Below are positions 48,208-58,811 of a stretch of DNA of 64,000 nucleotides, piece by piece. Position 1 is the stretch's first letter; each line of letters opens with the position of its first letter. Both the position numbers and the translations under genes were made by a program. The notes under the pieces were generated by a model that was given only the letters and a program-made list of their open reading frames with translations, made no database searches and was not told the DNA's origin. The stretch covers positions 4,278,001-4,342,000 of the forward strand of contig CM030332.1 of the NCBI GenBank assembly GCA_017654855.1. The letters run 5' to 3'. Source of the stretch: Podospora anserina (taxonomy: Eukaryota).

Positions 48208-50442
48208 TTAGGCACCCCCAGTCTCGGCCAGCTTCTTCTCGGCCTCTTCAGCCCGCTTATTAGCTTCCGCAACCTGCTGCTGGAGCTGCTTGATATACTC
48301 AATCGCCATCTCCACTGTGCTCGCCTTGCTATTTGGCGCACCGCCATTCCTCTCTCTTTCCTTCTCCTTCTCCTTCTCTTTATCCTTACTCTTATTATCG
48401 CTGCTGCCTTCCCCTTCACTGTCCTTTGGTGGCTTTGGCAGCAAGGTGGCAATCTCTTGTAACGCCGAGTTGATCCGATTCCGCCGACCTTGCTCGGCAA
48501 TCTTGTGAGATGTCCGCTTGGACGTGAGATTGGTGGAGAGCTCGCTGGGGTATGACACACCGGGCACTGTGTTTCCCTCGAGGATCCGCTGGTAGTTGGA
48601 TTTGCTGGCAAGAAGTTGTGACGCCGTCTCCTCAAGGTCTGCTCCGCCCGGCAGCAATGGTTTGATGTTGGGTGAAATCGAGATCTTGGGCCTAAGAGCC
48701 GGCGAGACAGGAATCGAGCTGACACTCCCCCGCTTTTTGCTATTTCTTGGGAGGAGCTGTGGTGTCCGCTTCGCTCCATATCCCGAACCAGGTCCCAGCT
48801 GTGGGCTTGCTGTGGCTGAGACTGTTCCCGACGGCCTTACCACAGTGGGACCCAGTGAAGGTGATGGCAAAGGTGCAAGAGATGGTGTTCTGGATGGTCC
48901 GGCATCTTGAGGGGCTTGTTTTGGTGTCGGGGTGTCGTTGGCGTGGCTGGGTGGGACATTCACGTTGGAAACGGATTCAGGCAACTCAAATAGCTCGATA
49001 TTTTCGGTATCGACCACTTCATGGCTGCCAGCCCTGCTAGCTCCAGCCACGGTGGTGTGGGTGCTCGGCGAGCTGAGTTTCATCAGAGATGCTGGTGTGG
49101 CAGGTGATGCCACGCCAGGCCTGGGTGGTTGAAGAGCAATGACCGGAGCTGATCCGGTATTTTGAGGTGCAATGTAAGGAGAGGGCTTCGCAGATCGTGG
49201 TTTGGGGAGCGGGGGCGGTGGCATCTCAGTCTCGATGGGTGTCGTATGATTCAAGGCTTCTGGTGATATCGAGCCATCCTCTGAATCTGTCGGCCCGGTT
49301 GTGGTCGATGAAGATGAGTTGTGCATCATGGATGTAGGCAACGGTTGATGGTCTTGACCCTGCTCTGCATTCTCCATCAAGTCACTCAGAGCTTGTGAGT
49401 TGAGGCTTGGTGTGGTTGCCAGTCGTTTCCTGAGGGGCTTCGAAATTGGCGACTGCTTCACGCCCGCCTTTGCCCTCGCCTTGGCCGCATTCTTCCTCAT
49501 TTTCTTGGCCAGGTCTCCCGGTGTGCCGATCGACATGGTCCCTCCAACGGCGTCGAGATCCATATCCGTGGGCGAGCTGGTTGTCAGGGGTCCATGTCTT
49601 TGCTCAAACATGGCCAATGGGTCTGTTTGGGCGTGCAGGGCAGGTGACGTTAGTGGGCTAAAGTAGGCCCCCGGAACAGTAAATTGGGATTCGACCGAGA
49701 AGTGGGTGTCCAAAGGCGTGACGGCGGGTGAAACCAACGGGGTGAAGGACATCTGAACGCCGTCAGCAAACCTGTTGGCTGATCCGGGATACGGACTTGA
49801 ACAAACATCAGACTGGTCCTTCGCTCTCTGATACCTATAGTCTACGGCCTGCTGTGGGTGCTGCTGTTGATGTGGGTGTTGTGTTCGGTGTGGGTGCGGG
49901 TGTTGCTGCTGTGGTTCTGTGGCATTCCGCTGGGCATAGAAAGGGTTGGCAGCTGGAACCATCTCCAGACTCTGTGGTGTCGGTGGAATCATGCGGTTCT
50001 GTTGCTGATGAGCAAAGAAGGCTGCGTGTTCTTCCACCTGCCGCTGCTGAGCCTGCATCTTTTGCTGTTGAAGAAAGTGAATTTGGGCGTCAATGCTGTT
50101 CACAATCGTCTCGCTTGGTGTTGGAGGCGGCATCATGGTGGTGGGTATAGACTGGTAGGGACCCCCCGTTGTTGTGATGGCCGGCACCTGATGCTGCATC
50201 GCTGGCATCGATGGTGATAGGAGCATAGGTGCATCGCTTCCTGTCATTGGGGTGTCCAACTGCTCGCGCCCGGGAACCTGCAGCATGTGCGCGCCGGCAG
50301 AGGACTGGAAACCTTGGAAATTGTAGTCGATGCCCTCTGCCAGGTTGTTCATGTTGGTCATGTCCAGATATTGCTGAAAGTCATCTTCGGCCGTAGTGGT
50401 ATGAACGCCATGGTCCCCGACAGGCCACCCAGAAGAATCCAT
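48208..50442 (-). CDS. nuc-1: Phosphate-acquisition bHLH transcription factor NUC-1/PalcA (Pho4-like); probable intron 49753-49806
   Basis: bHLH KRTSHKIAEQGRRNRINSALQEIATLLP…SKASTVEMAIEYIKQL. Also conserved SKSNYQRILEG…YPSELSTNLT, FTPLVSPAVTP and YFSPLTSPAL, with many SP/TP sites. Confidence 0.92.
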   Translation of the reverse strand: MDSSGWPVGDHGVHTTTAEDDFQQYLDMTNMNNLAEGIDYNFQGFQSSAGAHMLQVPGREQLDTPMTGSDAPMLLSPSMPAMQHQVPAITTTGGPYQSIPTTMMPPPTPSETIVNSIDAQIHFLQQQKMQAQQRQVEEHAAFFAHQQQNRMIPPTPQSLEMVPAANPFYAQRNATEPQQQHPHPHRTQHPHQQQHPQQAVDYRYQRAKDQSDVCSSPYPGSANRFADGVQMSFTPLVSPAVTPLDTHFSVESQFTVPGAYFSPLTSPALHAQTDPLAMFEQRHGPLTTSSPTDMDLDAVGGTMSIGTPGDLAKKMRKNAAKARAKAGVKQSPISKPLRKRLATTPSLNSQALSDLMENAEQGQDHQPLPTSMMHNSSSSTTTGPTDSEDGSISPEALNHTTPIETEMPPPPLPKPRSAKPSPYIAPQNTGSAPVIALQPPRPGVASPATPASLMKLSSPSTHTTVAGASRAGSHEVVDTENIELFELPESVSNVNVPPSHANDTPTPKQAPQDAGPSRTPSLAPLPSPSLGPTVVRPSGTVSATASPQLGPGSGYGAKRTPQLLPRNSKKRGSVSSIPVSPALRPKISISPNIKPLLPGGADLEETASQLLASKSNYQRILEGNTVPGVSYPSELSTNLTSKRTSHKIAEQGRRNRINSALQEIATLLPKPPKDSEGEGSSDNKSKDKEKEKEKERERNGGAPNSKASTVEMAIEYIKQLQQQVAEANKRAEEAEKKLAETGGA

Positions 50443-52884
50443 TGCGGGTTAGGCTGTGTGTGCCACTTGTGTCTGATGATCCGTGGGTTGTGAGACACGA
50501 TCTGGCGGGCGGGATATCTCAAAAGGTCAAAAAGGTGGTTGGCGGATCCGCCGCGCTTTCGTTTTTTCCAGTCTTGGCGAGTTCTATGATTCTTTCCTTG
50601 CTCCTGTGTCCCAACACGACGGACGATGCCCGACTTCTCGTTCAACTTCAAGATGGATACGACAGTGGCGTTCTAGTTGCGCGCTCAGGGGAGAGTCACC
50701 GGCTCGGGTAAAACCGTTATCGTTAAACGGCCTTGAGCTTTCGGCGGGCGGGATATCTGTATCGTTCTCGGGCGAGCGGTCACGGAACGGGAAGAGCTCA
50801 ATGGGCGCGCAACAGGTGTCCTCGTCGGGGTCGGTAGAGCGCAGGGCAGCACCCGTCGCGGTTGGGTTGAGCACGGCAAAGGGTCCACGAAATTTGTCTC
50901 CTGGTGTGACTGGCTGCGACCGACGTTGAACGGCAGACATTCAAAAGGGTTGCGGCTCTGAGGTGTTCTGATAGTGGGGGGGGGCCACAGATTGAAATGG
51001 AAACCAAGTCCGCTATGGTCAGTGCGCGCTGCCCCACGATGTTTGTCTCCCACACCTCGAACCCCCCATGTCCTCTCTCCCACTTTCCCCCGCGCCAACC
51101 AGCCCCAAGCAGCGCTTCCGGAACGGCAGGTGTCGCGCTGAAAGCTCTGACGGGTATTAAGTAAGGCCCCCAAATAATCATTACCTCAACTTCCCCTCGA
51201 GAGCCTCCCGACGCCGGCCACACTCACACCTGGGACTCAACACTAAGCCGTCCTCCTATGGGGCGACAAGCCCTTGGCCATGCCCTGGAAAAATTGGTCG
51301 AGCTGATGAGGCCCATGGCAGTTTCATCGGCAAGCTACGGCAGATGATACCTCGTCCCTCGACCCGGAAAGCTTGAGCTCGAGTTGGTCAGGCACCATCT
51401 CGCTAGAGAATAGTGCTAGAGCGGTGGTTGTCAGGGTCTCGAACAATTTCGTGGGGGGTAGATAGATGGGTTAGATGTATGCCCCTCTGGATCTGGTCAA
51501 TATTCTACCCGTAGGTATTCCGAGGTGGCTTTCCCTCGTGATCTGCATTGTACCACATGGTTGTGTGCCTTTTCCAGACATGTGCTCGGTAAGATTAATG
51601 TAGACATGGCTGCCGTGCATGATGGTTGAATTTGAGGAAGCGAGGGTGTTCCTGGGTGATCAAAGCTCCACCTCTTGCATGTCAACTGCAGGCGTTGAAT
51701 AATGAATCCACCATCACATCGTGAAAGCCTTCAAAGAACCCCACGCTTGACAGGTTCAAAGTTGGGGGCTGGGCCAGCGGGTTTGCCATTGCGGACCTTG
51801 AAAGTCAGCTTGTCATCGGAGCGCGTCCTCCGTGAGAGGTGTTGGGGTGAACAGCTTCTTCTTCTTCTTCCTTTCTGGAAACATGTTTTTCTAGATTCGT
51901 TGACCGAAGGCCCTAACCACCCTGAATGTCGCGAGTGGCGCACCCTCTAGACGTAACGAAGGTTGCATTTCCGGCCAACAACTGTGGTTGCTTTTTCAAC
52001 TCCCGCTCCAATCTCGTGGGTTTAGTGCTCTGCCATGTGTCTAAGGGTTCCGGCTTCTGCCGTAGTGCGAAAACAAGCTTTTGATGACTGATGTAAACTC
52101 AGCCTGGAAATGGGATTTGCCTTGAACGCGGGTAACAGTCAAAAAGCGGAACGCGACTGGAACTTTGTTACTAGTGAGAACTTTGGGCCTTATTACTCAG
52201 GACATACAGCCATGATATTTTTATGTGTTCTACTCAACGGCCAATTATAGACCAAAGAGCCCAGTCCTAAATACAATCCCACACAATATCCAAACATCCC
52301 TCATTCCTCTCTCCTCTGCTCTCTGCCCCCTCCACCTCACCCCCATTCAAATATCCTTCCACCCATGGCTGCCATTAGCAACCGTATTGCCCATTGAGCA
52401 TGTCCAACACGATTATTGGAGAAAAAAAAGGAAGATTTTAACAAAGGTAGAAAACCAAGGAGCGCCACAGCCATGACCAGATAATCCAGTGAGACTGATG
52501 AGAGGGTAATAACTTAACAAAAAAAGGAAAACACAGTGGTATCATCGGATCTTATGAAGCGAAGACCCCTCAAAAAAGACAATATTAATGACCAAACCCG
52601 GGTCGCCAAAGCAATGCTAGCAGTGCTGGGTGAAGAAAGAGAAGAGAAAAACAAACAGCCGATTGTACAGAGCGGAAGAAAAATGCCAAAACAAAATATG
52701 CACAGTGTAAGAAAAAGTAAAAAGTCCGGTGATTTTGTGAGCCCAAAAGGAGATCTAAAGGCGAGTGTCCACGGCATCCAAGACCAGTAGATGATGGAAG
52801 GAGGCATGTCGTGGGTATCAAGCGTCATAAAGATGTTTTGGTCGGGATAGCGGTCGAGGCGCGGACGCAGAAGTGTGTTGGACT

Positions 52885-55167
52885 TTAGCCAAGGTTGAGC
52901 CAGCTCATATCATCGCGTACAGCAGATGGCTGCTTGCGCAGAGGCGCCGGCTCAGCAGGGGGCTTGGCTGCAGAAGCTGGAGCGAGAGCCGTGGCGTAGA
53001 TGCCAGTGTTCGATGAGTTTTGTCGCTCCATGCCCCAAGGCCGGTTGTTGCTAGCAGTAGGATCCCAGGCTTCATGAACAGACTCTGGAATGCCGCTCGA
53101 ATAGGCCGACATGGAGAGGTCGCTCACCGCGCTGATCGGACGCCCCCTCTCGATCTGAGCACTCATGCCTTCGTTGAACTTGGTGTTGTTATATGTGGCG
53201 ATGGTGGGGCTGTGAGAGTTGACACGGCTGAATGATAGACGAGGCTCGTAAATCTGAAGGCGAGGCACAGTAACGCTGTCCTGGGTCATACGGTTCTGCT
53301 GATCACTGTACTTGGAGCTCCGCTCTGAGTGTAGGGTAGTCCGCTGCGAATTGTTCTTGGTATTCGAGTTGCTGTTGCCAAAGCCGAGCATGTTAAGCGC
53401 CGAGCCTCCAGACCAGTAGCGATTCCAACCAGAGCTTCTGCGAGTGCTTTCTCGCTTGTCCGTTGTGGTCAGGTTCCGTGGTCTTGGTTCAGCCGTCTCG
53501 GTAGTAAATGATACGCCTTTCTCGTCCCGCATGGGCTGCGGGGATGGCGCCTCGGGAAGGATGGGCTTGCTGATTGTGCTCTTGAACGCTCTGAAAACGC
53601 TGTCTCCAGAATCGCGCTTACTGCCGTTGCTGGACTTGCTGCCCTTGCGGCCTATGCCTGGTAGCCTTGGCTTACTCTCACTAGCGCGACCCATGAGGAT
53701 GGCCATGGAAGAGAAGGAACTCTTGGAGCCTTGAGACTGGTGTCCCCGGAATACCCCAGCTGGACCCTGACCGAAGGCAAGGCTGTCCTTGGCGTAACCA
53801 ATACCGTCCTTTTCGCTTGAAGACGCGCCGCTGGATCTTCTAATGTGGCCAGCCTCTGCATGAGCCTGCTGTCTCGTGCGTCTCTGCAGGCAGAAATAGA
53901 TCAGACCCAAAATGAGCGCCAGTCCAAAGACAGACCCAAGCACAGCGCCGAGGATCATGTTGACGTTTGAACCGGAGCCACCAGCCACAGGAGCGTCTGT
54001 TTCGGTTGGGGTTGCCGTTGCCGCAGCGGCAGCATCGCTAGTAATCGTAGCCAGCGTCGAGGATGTCGACGTGGAGAGTGTCGCGGTTGTCGAGGTAGCA
54101 GTTGTCGAAGACAGCGTAGTCGATGATTCTTCATCATCCAGAGAAAGAAGTCTGACTTGACCAAGCATTTCTGTGGCATTCTGCCAAGTATTCGTCGTCG
54201 TGTCAAACATGGCTACCGGGTCCTCACTATTACCACCGGCAATCACAACCATTCCATCAATATCCTTAGCCAGGGCGAAGTTTGTTCGCGTTGTTGTTGG
54301 GGCGAGCGATGAGTTATACGCCGGCCAGTTATTCAGTGTTAATGGCTCAGATCTCCGCCTCTGCTGCCTGGCAGCACTCCGCGCCCTTCTCCTGGCGGAC
54401 CTCTTGGTAACTGGTGCGGCGGCTGCTACTGGCTGTCCTGGGCCAGTGTAGAGGACAGTCCTCCTCACAATGTTCGGTGACTCGGTCATGTCGAAGGTGA
54501 GCAGGTTCTGTGACCCATCGGCGCCACCCAGAAGCACGGCCTGAACTGCTGAAGCATCTTTGAGTGGTGATGCGAGCGTTGCCCTAGAGTCTCGCCACTT
54601 CCCCTCCTGGTTATTGAAGAGATAAACCTGTTTGTTGTCGGGATTACCACCAAGCATAACAGCTTCGTGAGTAGACCAAGGCAACAGAATGGGCTTTACC
54701 GCTGGTGGCGCCCATGATTCGTGAGAACGAATAGTATGTGGTGCGGCTGCGCCGACGGTGAATGTCTGCGATGATGCTTGACCCTCTGAGCCACCACCAT
54801 ATACCAGAATAGAGTCTGTGCTGTTGAGGTAAACAGCGCTGTGTCCTGTCCTGCCGCTAATATCGAGGGTATCCACGGGAACGTTCTCCCATTGACCGGT
54901 CGAGAAGGTAAACTTCTGAAGCCCCAGATACTCTGGGTTGCCCCCCTTTCCTCCAACCACAAAGAACGCCGACGTCGCTGGATTTCCTGTTGTCGAGCCG
55001 ACGCAAGCACCACCCGTGACCTTCTCGCCCTGAGGTAAAACCTCCCACTCGGCACCTGGTTCGAGCCTCAAAGACTGAAATGCGTCGGCCGAGTATGTGT
55101 AAAGCGTGTGGTCGAAGATGACGGAACACGCGTCATTCAAGGGTGTCTCTGGCTGAGGGAGAGACAT
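52885..55167 (-). CDS. Uncharacterised single-pass membrane protein: Kelch/galactose-oxidase-like beta-propeller, Ser/Thr stalk, TM helix, disordered tail
   Basis: 760-aa ORF. Kelch-like FFVVGG, GHSAVYL…LVYGG and VVIAGG; S/T-rich stalk; hydrophobic ILGAVLGSVFGLALILGLIYFCL followed by QRRTR. Confidence 0.8.
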   Translation of the reverse strand: MSLPQPETPLNDACSVIFDHTLYTYSADAFQSLRLEPGAEWEVLPQGEKVTGGACVGSTTGNPATSAFFVVGGKGGNPEYLGLQKFTFSTGQWENVPVDTLDISGRTGHSAVYLNSTDSILVYGGGSEGQASSQTFTVGAAAPHTIRSHESWAPPAVKPILLPWSTHEAVMLGGNPDNKQVYLFNNQEGKWRDSRATLASPLKDASAVQAVLLGGADGSQNLLTFDMTESPNIVRRTVLYTGPGQPVAAAAPVTKRSARRRARSAARQQRRRSEPLTLNNWPAYNSSLAPTTTRTNFALAKDIDGMVVIAGGNSEDPVAMFDTTTNTWQNATEMLGQVRLLSLDDEESSTTLSSTTATSTTATLSTSTSSTLATITSDAAAAATATPTETDAPVAGGSGSNVNMILGAVLGSVFGLALILGLIYFCLQRRTRQQAHAEAGHIRRSSGASSSEKDGIGYAKDSLAFGQGPAGVFRGHQSQGSKSSFSSMAILMGRASESKPRLPGIGRKGSKSSNGSKRDSGDSVFRAFKSTISKPILPEAPSPQPMRDEKGVSFTTETAEPRPRNLTTTDKRESTRRSSGWNRYWSGGSALNMLGFGNSNSNTKNNSQRTTLHSERSSKYSDQQNRMTQDSVTVPRLQIYEPRLSFSRVNSHSPTIATYNNTKFNEGMSAQIERGRPISAVSDLSMSAYSSGIPESVHEAWDPTASNNRPWGMERQNSSNTGIYATALAPASAAKPPAEPAPLRKQPSAVRDDMSWLNLG

Positions 55168-58100
55168 TGTGATTGTGTACCCGTCTCGTCAGTCGCGGTG
55201 ATGAGCGACCTAGAGATCAATTACTTCCTCCGAGTTGACAAACGTAAGAAAGGGTGGCGATGGTGTCCTCCGAGTTACAAGAACATGTCGAGTCCCGTCC
55301 TTTTTACTGTCGATTCGAAGGGTGTCGAGTCGTTGGGCAAACGTTCACTTTGGGGAGCAAGATGAAGTGGTTGCTCCCAAATCGAAAGAATATCAAAACC
55401 AAGGAGCCCCGGAGAAGGATTGGCACAGAGAGGCACGGTGTTTGATCCGGACTTTTCCTTGAGCTGCTGTGGTCACTGTGGCACACTCTGCACAACCAGC
55501 AACACGGAGAATAAAATGATGGTGATCTGGAAAGTTGAGGGCCGGCCCTTGCTGGGAAGCAAAAGAGGATGATCGACGGAACAAACTTGTTGCTTTGTTT
55601 CCCGACAAAACGGCGGTCGATCGTGTCAAGGAAGAAACAAACTCGTCTCCTTGGTTCCCGTCCTGAAAGGGGGCGTTCGTGTCGCAAGATGGGGCGAGGG
55701 GGGAGCGTCTGAGCGTATGTGTTGTTTCTCTCAATCAAAGCCAAGCTTTGGTGACGAGAAAAAACTGAAGTTCTGGAAAACTGTGCCGGACGAGTTTCAA
55801 TTTTTCCCACTCACGATGCAATTCGCAACTCTCAAGAGGCGAGCAAAACGACAAACGACGACGACAAACACGCGAAGCGGAAAGAGGAGAGAAAGACGCG
55901 AGAAGCAAGAGACGGAGAGAGAGAGGGAGATTGGGAGACAGCCGGCCAGTGTGACCGAGACATCGGGCGAGGACCGCCAGACCGCACCACAGAGAATGAA
56001 CTCGGGGAGAGTCTGACCAGGGGAATGGGAGCCGGGGGCTTGGTCGAATCAGAAATGCCAATGGAGCTGGCAGGGTGGTCCTGGACCCTCATTTGTAGCC
56101 CATCATGCGAGTGACCTCCAGTCGCATGCAACTGCAGTGGGTCAGCCATGTAGCGGGGGCTTGTGAGAGACCTTGTCCATCTTGCGCAAGGGGGAAAAGG
56201 GGCACAGGCGCAAACAGAAATTGGCCAGTGTGGTGCCTCGAGGCCTGCAAATCAACGACAAACCTCGGCTTGCCCGTCTTCGACTCTTCCATCCCAATCT
56301 TGGTGTTGCACAAAACAGCCAATCCAACCATCCCAGACCGCGAAATTGTTTTTGATGGGGGCATTGAGGATTGGATTCACCATGGTGGAGATGGTTTAAG
56401 ATGATCCACTAGCACGTGTGGTTTGGCCGTTTGTTCTCCAGTTTTGTCGAACGACCGACATCGAGAGACAGAGGGAGCAGATGATCTCCGTTGAGTCGTT
56501 GACGGAGACTCTTCGTTCACTTGAGCTTGTCACCTCGTGACTGATGATTGGAGAGGCGTTCGTGTTCGTCCAGTCTTTTTCCGTGTCGGCCGCTCGGCGG
56601 GGAAATCGCTTTGGTGAACCAAGCACAAGGTGACATGGCGCTGAGGCTACCACCAAATGGCAACCCTGCACTTGAAACGCTAGCCTCCTGGCAGTTCCCC
56701 TGGCGCTAACCCCAAAACGGCTCGAGAGAAGAACGTTGAACGAACCCCACCATGCGGCCCGTGGCCTGTGGCTCCTCGGTGCTCTTCAAGAAAAAAAGAA
56801 GAAATGGAGTCGGCTCGAATTGCTTGTTTGCAAAGGCTTGTCTACTATGATGTCAGTTCCATGGATACACTACTGTAAATTTTGATCTTCCAACATGTGT
56901 TGCAAGTGCAAATCTCTAGTCCCTCTATGACCAGGACAAGTGTAGCAGTGTAGGTACCAGATAGCTGGAGTGGCTGACCGGACCTTGATAAATGACCCCT
57001 CCATCAGCAGCGGCGCGGCTCACAAACTCCAAGGCGCATTCAGGCACAGCGAGATATCGGAGGAACTTTCTCCTGAGATACACATCAACCAGCTGGTCAT
57101 CATTTATAAAAAGGAATCAGCATTTTCCACATGTTGGGATCTACGTGTAAAGATCTATATAGACAAATTTTCGGCGGCGCGCGCCTTATTATGATCTATC
57201 AATATACTGATCTCATCTTCCAGACCAAGATAGATGATATCAGAGCGCCTCAACGGCTCTAGTAAACCCCCCTTTCTTGAAAAACCTGTATTCTTTCCCC
57301 CTCTCATTTCGGTCCCGTTCAGAATGTTGCCATCACACAGCATGAAGCCAGGATACCCTCAAATCGGTGTCCTTGTCCTCCATAGCCGCCTGGTGAGGCC
57401 CAAGAGACCAGCGCCTCCAAGCATCCCCACCCTCATCGGTGATGTTGACCACGGTGAACAGCAGCATCCGGCGGTACGGTCACGACCATGATCCGATAGA
57501 CCGACCGCTTGAAGCGGCCACTACGGCCCTGTCAAAGATGCATAGGTTACCAGCTTCAGCCGCCTGAACGTTGCACTCTCTCCACCTCAACCTCTGCGTG
57601 TCGCCCATGCATGTCATCACACAAGCACCTTTTTCACATAGGTAGCTAAATCGCTCCTCACTCCAAACCTCTCTACATCTCCATTCGCATCAGCAACATC
57701 ACTTCACACCCAATCAACACCCCCAAGCTTTTTCACTAGGTAAATATCAAATTCGAGTCACCACACCACCCCATCACCTGTCAAAACCGCCTTCCCCCGC
57801 CTTCCCCAATCTATACGCGCTGGAATGCACAAATAAACCAAAGTAGAAGCGGGAATGCAATGCACGACAAGTACCCCAAGAGATATGCAAGATCCAGCCA
57901 GATGTGTACCTTACCTTATGCATTCCTCCCGTTGGAAAAAAAAAAGGCGGCGTCAGTGGCTTGCGTATTGTTGACCAATCGACCCCTCCATTGATATGCT
58001 GCTTAAGCGCCCACGGCGTCCCTCCCTCTTGAACCACCGAGGGAAGCATAATTCAACCTTTAAACCGCAGGACCCAGTAGATACTCCCCAAGACAAGTGG

Positions 58101-58811
58101 TTTTGTGATATATTATGCTTGGAAGCGCCTATGGCGACGTCACGTTCTCCTAAAAGTTTTGTCCATGAGGTGATCGCCTGGCTTAGCTTCAACATTATTC
58201 TCTGCAAGCGCCACATAGAATCCGATGTAAAAAGCATAAGCTGTGAGAGTCAAGCACACAGTTACAGTCACAGGAACCAGCCAAAAGAAGCAAGTACAAA
58301 GAAGAAGTCGCTTTAAGCGACATATATGTAGAACTTTATTAACCCGTCTCCCCAAGTCCCATTTCCATATCCACCACCGCCCCATGAGTTGCAGTCTACA
58401 AGTTCCTCCCCGCTTTGCCCAACCAGAATGAATCGCTATGTTATACAATAACAGAAAGTTTTTTCTTGCCTGTTCCCCCAAAAAAAAAAAAGTAAAAAGA
58501 AAACACCATGCCTGCATAAAAGCCATCCCCGTGAACGCTGATGTCAGCTCGTAACATCCGCTGGTATCATTGTAGAAAGCACCAAAAAAGTGCCCGTTTC
58601 CCAAATCTCAAAACTCCAATCCGCGCCCAGTCGTCGTCTTCCGCCGACTGACCAAGGCATATGCATACACAAGTGCATTGTTGAACCCAGAAAGAAAACA
58701 AAAGCCCCGACTCTGCATCCACCTCATTTTCCCTCCTCTTTGTTCCTATGTTGCCTGTCATTCTCAACCGTAGCCTGGTTAATGGATTGAAACCATCATC
58801 GCGGGTGCCAT

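Noticed and set aside
56970..57540. Short ORFs, an ACGACCAT 5S-like start and a C/D-box-like ATGATGA…CTGA on the minus strand
   Set aside because: The 5S similarity ends after 8 nt, the putative snoRNA lacks a terminal stem or recognisable guide, and the ORFs have no identifiable homology.
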